Shown here: in pieces, positions 23,909 through 27,346 of the stretch | How positions within the stretch are numbered: the stretch's first letter is position 1 | Layout of the letters: every line of letters starts with the position of its first letter | Source of the DNA: a virus | Lineage: Duplodnaviria; Caudoviricetes | Virus record (IMG/VR): IMGVR_UViG_3300030095_006528 | Coordinates: 1 to 27,346 of that record | Direction: 5' to 3' (one strand) | Length of the DNA stretch: 27,346 bases | Notes under the pieces: generated by a model | Database searches by the model: none | What the model saw: only the letters and a program-made list of their open reading frames with translations | What the model was told of the DNA's origin: nothing | Position numbers and translations under genes: made by a program

Positions 23909-25788
23909 TGATGGATCAATATCAACAATTTATACATAAAAGCCGTTATGCTCGATGGCTTGATTCTGAAGGAAGACGAGAACGTTGGGACGAAACTGTT
24001 CTACGTTATGTCGATTTTTGGAGGGAAAGAGAGCAATTAAAAGAGGGAGATGCAAAAGCTGTTTATGATGCAATTCTCGATTTAGATGTTATGCCTTCAA
24101 TGAGGTGTATGATGACGGCAGGAGAAGCATTGAAACGTGATAATGTTGCAGGCTTTAACTGTAGTTATCTTCATATAGATCATGTAAGAGCTTTTGATGA
24201 GCTAATGTATGTTCTTATGTGCGGAACAGGCGTTGGATTTAGTGTCGAAAGAAACTTTATCAATCAATTGCCTGCCATCGCAGAAACAATGCATGAAACG
24301 GATACTACAATAGTAGTAGCTGATTCCAAAATGGGATGGGCAAGTGCGTTTCGTGAATTGATCAGTCTATTGTACGCAGGAAAAGTTCCAAAATGGGACA
24401 TGAGAAAGGTTCGTCCTGCAGGCGCTAGACTTAAAACTTTTGGGGGCCGAGCAAGTGGTCCAGAACCTTTAGATGACTTATTTAAGTTTACAATCGGAGT
24501 TTTTCGTAAAGCAGCGGGACGTAAACTTACAAGTATCGAGTGTCATGACGTTGTATGTAAAGTTGCAGATATTGTAGTAGTAGGCGGAGTAAGACGATCT
24601 GCTTTAATTAGTTTATCAAATCTTTCAGATGGACGTATGGCAAAAGCAAAATCGGGACAATGGTGGGAAAGTAACAGTCAACGCAGACTTGCAAATAATA
24701 GTGTTGCCTATACAGAAAAACCCGATTTTGAAGCATTTTTGCGTGAAATGCAAGTAATTTATGAAAGTAAATCTGGCGAACGAGGAATCTTTAGCCGTGT
24801 AGCGGCAAAGAAAGTCTCAGAACGACATGGAAGACGAGATATCGAGCATGATTTTGGCACAAATCCTTGTAGTGAAATTATACTGAGAAGTAATCAATTC
24901 TGTAATTTATCAGAAGTCGTAGTTCGACCAAATGATACTTTAGATGATTTGAGGCGTAAAGTAAAGATCGCTACAATTATAGGAACATTGCAGTCAACTC
25001 TCACAGATTTTCGATATCTACGAGTGCGTTGGGAGCGAAATACCGAAGAAGAAGCTCTTCTTGGTGTAAGTCTTACAGGTATTATGGATCATTACTTACT
25101 TGGCAAAAACTCACCCGACCTAGAAAAATGGTTAACGGAGATGAAAAATGTCGCAATTCAAACAAACAAAGAATGGAGTGAAAAGCTGGGCATCAATCAA
25201 AGCACGGCCATCACTTGTGTCAAACCGAGTGGCACGGTCAGTCAGCTCGTTAATTCTGCTAGTGGTATTCATCCCCGTTTTTCTAAGTATTATATTCGTA
25301 GAGTTCGTGGGGATAAGAAAGATCCTCTTTCTGTTTTTATGTCTGATGCTGGTGTACCTGTGGAGTCGGATGTAATGTCGCCAACCACTACAGATGTTTT
25401 TTCTTTTCCCGTAAAAGCACCTGCAACAAGTGTTACAGTGAGACAGACAGGAGCAATGGAGCAGTTAGAATTATGGAAAGCTTATCAAGATTATTGGTGT
25501 GAGCACAAACCAAGTATTACAATTTATTATACTGATGACGAGTATTTAGATGTAGCACAGTGGATTTGGAAGAATTTTGATACTTGCTCTGGTATTTCAT
25601 TGTTGCCTTATAGTGACCATGTATATCAACAAGCACCTTATGAAGAAATAAATGAAGAAAAGTACAAGGAACTTCTTGAGGCAATGCCACAGGAAATTAA
25701 TTGGGAAGATCTAGCAAAGATCGAAGTTGAAGATAACACGATTGGTTCTCAAGAACTAGCTTGTGTTGGTAATCAGTGTGAAATTTAG
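23908..25788 (+). CDS. nrdJ: Ribonucleotide reductase, class II (B12-dependent, RTPR-like)
   Basis: SRYARW, VMPSMR, FNCS, GTGVGFS, GGVRRSA, TNPCSEI, TCVKPSGT, C-terminal CVGNQC; no adjacent beta-subunit gene. Confidence 0.85.
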   Translation: MMDQYQQFIHKSRYARWLDSEGRRERWDETVLRYVDFWREREQLKEGDAKAVYDAILDLDVMPSMRCMMTAGEALKRDNVAGFNCSYLHIDHVRAFDELMYVLMCGTGVGFSVERNFINQLPAIAETMHETDTTIVVADSKMGWASAFRELISLLYAGKVPKWDMRKVRPAGARLKTFGGRASGPEPLDDLFKFTIGVFRKAAGRKLTSIECHDVVCKVADIVVVGGVRRSALISLSNLSDGRMAKAKSGQWWESNSQRRLANNSVAYTEKPDFEAFLREMQVIYESKSGERGIFSRVAAKKVSERHGRRDIEHDFGTNPCSEIILRSNQFCNLSEVVVRPNDTLDDLRRKVKIATIIGTLQSTLTDFRYLRVRWERNTEEEALLGVSLTGIMDHYLLGKNSPDLEKWLTEMKNVAIQTNKEWSEKLGINQSTAITCVKPSGTVSQLVNSASGIHPRFSKYYIRRVRGDKKDPLSVFMSDAGVPVESDVMSPTTTDVFSFPVKAPATSVTVRQTGAMEQLELWKAYQDYWCEHKPSITIYYTDDEYLDVAQWIWKNFDTCSGISLLPYSDHVYQQAPYEEINEEKYKELLEAMPQEINWEDLAKIEVEDNTIGSQELACVGNQCEI

Positions 25789-25797
25789 GAGAAACAC

Positions 25798-26037
25798 ATG
25801 ACTGAAGTAACAGAAAAACCCACTCTCGTATTCAATGATAAAAATTATATTATTGAAGATATGTCCGATAAAGCACAATATTTAATTGCACAGCTACAAG
25901 ATTTAAACGCACAAAAGCAACAAACCGCTGCGCGTCTTGATCAGATTAGTGTAGGAATTGATGGCTTTACAGGCTTATTGACCAAACAGATCGAAGAGGA
26001 TGAAAATCCCGAGACTGAAGTAGTCGAAGAAGAGTAA
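25798..26037 (+). CDS. Small acidic coiled-coil protein
   Basis: SD AGGAG; 79 aa; last gene before the terminator. Confidence 0.78.
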   Translation: MTEVTEKPTLVFNDKNYIIEDMSDKAQYLIAQLQDLNAQKQQTAARLDQISVGIDGFTGLLTKQIEEDENPETEVVEEE

Positions 26038-26041
26038 AAAC

Positions 26042-26068
26042 AAAAAAGGGACTGTAAAGTCCCTTTTT
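26042..26068. terminator. Bidirectional Rho-independent terminator
   Basis: AAAAAA-GGGACT-GTAA-AGTCCC-TTTTT between convergent genes. Confidence 0.92.
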
Positions 26069-26069
26069 A

Positions 26070-26399
26070 TTACCAAGGCACTCCTGACATGGTAACGGGT
26101 GTTTTACTTTCTGTAATCTGAGCTGCAACGGCTGTTTCAACTGCCGTTTCATCAACATCAGCATGAGCTTTTACCCATGCAATTACATTTGCCTCTGTAA
26201 GTGAAGCATATGCAATGTATTCACTTGCCGAAGCATCTGGTGTAAAACCTACAGATCCGTAGTATCTACCATAATGTGTTACAGCACTATCTCCTGAGCC
26301 TACAACTTCTTCATCGGTTGCGTCCCAGTGTGCCACTATTACTCCTTTATCGGAGTCGTTATTATACTCGAGAGTATTGATTTTCCAAGTTACTGCCAT
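26070..26399 (-). CDS. Tail-fibre-associated small protein (possible assembly chaperone)
   Basis: SD AGGAG; MAVTWKINTLE...YASLTEANVIAWVK...GVPW; directly downstream of the tail fibre gene. Confidence 0.72.
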   Translation of the reverse strand: MAVTWKINTLEYNNDSDKGVIVAHWDATDEEVVGSGDSAVTHYGRYYGSVGFTPDASASEYIAYASLTEANVIAWVKAHADVDETAVETAVAAQITESKTPVTMSGVPW

Positions 26400-26449
26400 T
26401 TTTTATCTCCTATGAAGCTGTGTAAGCTTTGCTTGGGTTATTGTGAGGA

Positions 26450-27346
26450 TTATTCCTCTAGTTGAGCGACTCGTTGTCGCAATTCTTGTATTTCTTTGAT
26501 CAACATTGGAACGAGTTTTGAGTAATCAACTCCCATCATATCGTCCTCTGTATCTCCTGTAGATACGGCTTCTGGTGCTACATTGATTAACTCTTGTGCC
26601 ACCATGCCGTAATTTTGGTGAGAGCCGTCAGTTTTCCAGTCAAACTGGCGAACTTTTATATTATCAATTTTTTCTGATGCACTTTCTGCATTCTGTATAT
26701 TGTCTTTCAGTCTTTCATCAGATGAAGTAGGAAAGGAAGTCGCAGTAACAGAAGAATTAAAGATAGCGGCACCGGCCGCTGACATGTCTAAAGTGAGAGC
26801 CGTAATTGTACTAGAGCCATCTTTTCCTTGGAAAATAATGTCATCATCACTTTGAAAGGTTTTTAAAGTTGTTGCACTTGTACTTGTACTGATACGAAAA
26901 GCTAAAGTATTTGATCCAGGAAGAGTAATACCTAACCCATTACCTGAATCTGTTTTAATTCTAAATTCACCGTCATTCTCTTCATCGTCATAAATTTCAT
27001 GCTGTACGTAGTTCGCATTTGACATATTGATTACGTATTCGACATTTTGATCGTTAAAAAACCTAAATCTAGGTTGATTTGTGCTTGTTCCAAGAACCAT
27101 TTGAAGGGCGGTTGCTCCTCCATCTCTGAAGAATATGTCTCCCCCGTCAGCATCAAGAGTGATATCACCTGATGCATCTATCGCAAGATTACCCGTTTTC
27201 TTGATATCGCCAGTAAGAGTTACATCACCTTGAATATCAGTACCAGTATTTTTTACATGTAATAAAGTCGTACTACCACCTGCTATACCTACTGCAAGAT
27301 AAGAATTTCCTACTGTTGGAATCAGTTCTAAAGCGCCTGCACCTAC
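26450..27346 (-). CDS. Tail fibre/spike, C-terminal part, with intramolecular chaperone (Peptidase S74) domain; start lies outside the window
   Basis: Frame has no stop up to the window edge (…IDASGDITLDADGGDIFFRDGG…); SDERLKDNI autocleavage motif, GMVAQEL, VDYSKLVPMLIKEIQEL coiled coil. Confidence 0.9.
   Translation of the reverse strand, partial: VGAGALELIPTVGNSYLAVGIAGGSTTLLHVKNTGTDIQGDVTLTGDIKKTGNLAIDASGDITLDADGGDIFFRDGGATALQMVLGTSTNQPRFRFFNDQNVEYVINMSNANYVQHEIYDDEENDGEFRIKTDSGNGLGITLPGSNTLAFRISTSTSATTLKTFQSDDDIIFQGKDGSSTITALTLDMSAAGAAIFNSSVTATSFPTSSDERLKDNIQNAESASEKIDNIKVRQFDWKTDGSHQNYGMVAQELINVAPEAVSTGDTEDDMMGVDYSKLVPMLIKEIQELRQRVAQLEE

Noticed and set aside
362-26164. Many short antisense and alternate-frame ORFs in the track (e.g. 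2322-2753, 21772-22341, 15329-15670)
   Set aside because: They lie inside well-supported genes and show no recognisable motifs; shadow ORFs
1-27346. tRNAs, CRISPR arrays, introns/inteins, homing endonucleases, retron or DGR reverse transcriptase
   Set aside because: None seen by eye: intergenic spaces are short, and pol, helicase and RNR have normal lengths. tRNAscan-SE and Infernal were not run

Overview
AT-rich segment of a T5-related (Demerecviridae-like) tailed phage, probably aquatic or marine (inference from gene content). Nearly all genes from 1 to 26037 are on the + strand. 1-7350 is an accessory, lysis and metabolic region: an AdoMet decarboxylase-family enzyme, many small membrane proteins, Hsp20, T4-type endolysin, 3-TM holin, a lipoprotein, a c-type cytochrome, GlyA, a DenV-like glycosylase, ThyX, a HAD phosphatase, DUF1289 and a dNTP diphosphohydrolase. 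7215-23908 is a T5-syntenic replication module (D2, D3, PC4-like, split NAD+ ligase, D5, D6 helicase, primase, PolA, D10-D15) with PhoH inserted. A class II-like ribonucleotide reductase sits where T5 has dUTPase. A bidirectional terminator at about 26050 separates this from the convergent - strand tail-fibre genes. Six perfect TTGACA-N17/18-TATAAT promoters share an extended upstream motif. The most notable items are the membrane-anchored cytochrome c coupled to GlyA, a DHFR-free GlyA/ThyX thymidylate cycle, twin covarying hairpins in the hsp20 leader, and a structured leader that hides a ribosome-binding site at 8461-8540. All family calls come from motif recognition and gene order; no database searches were run.
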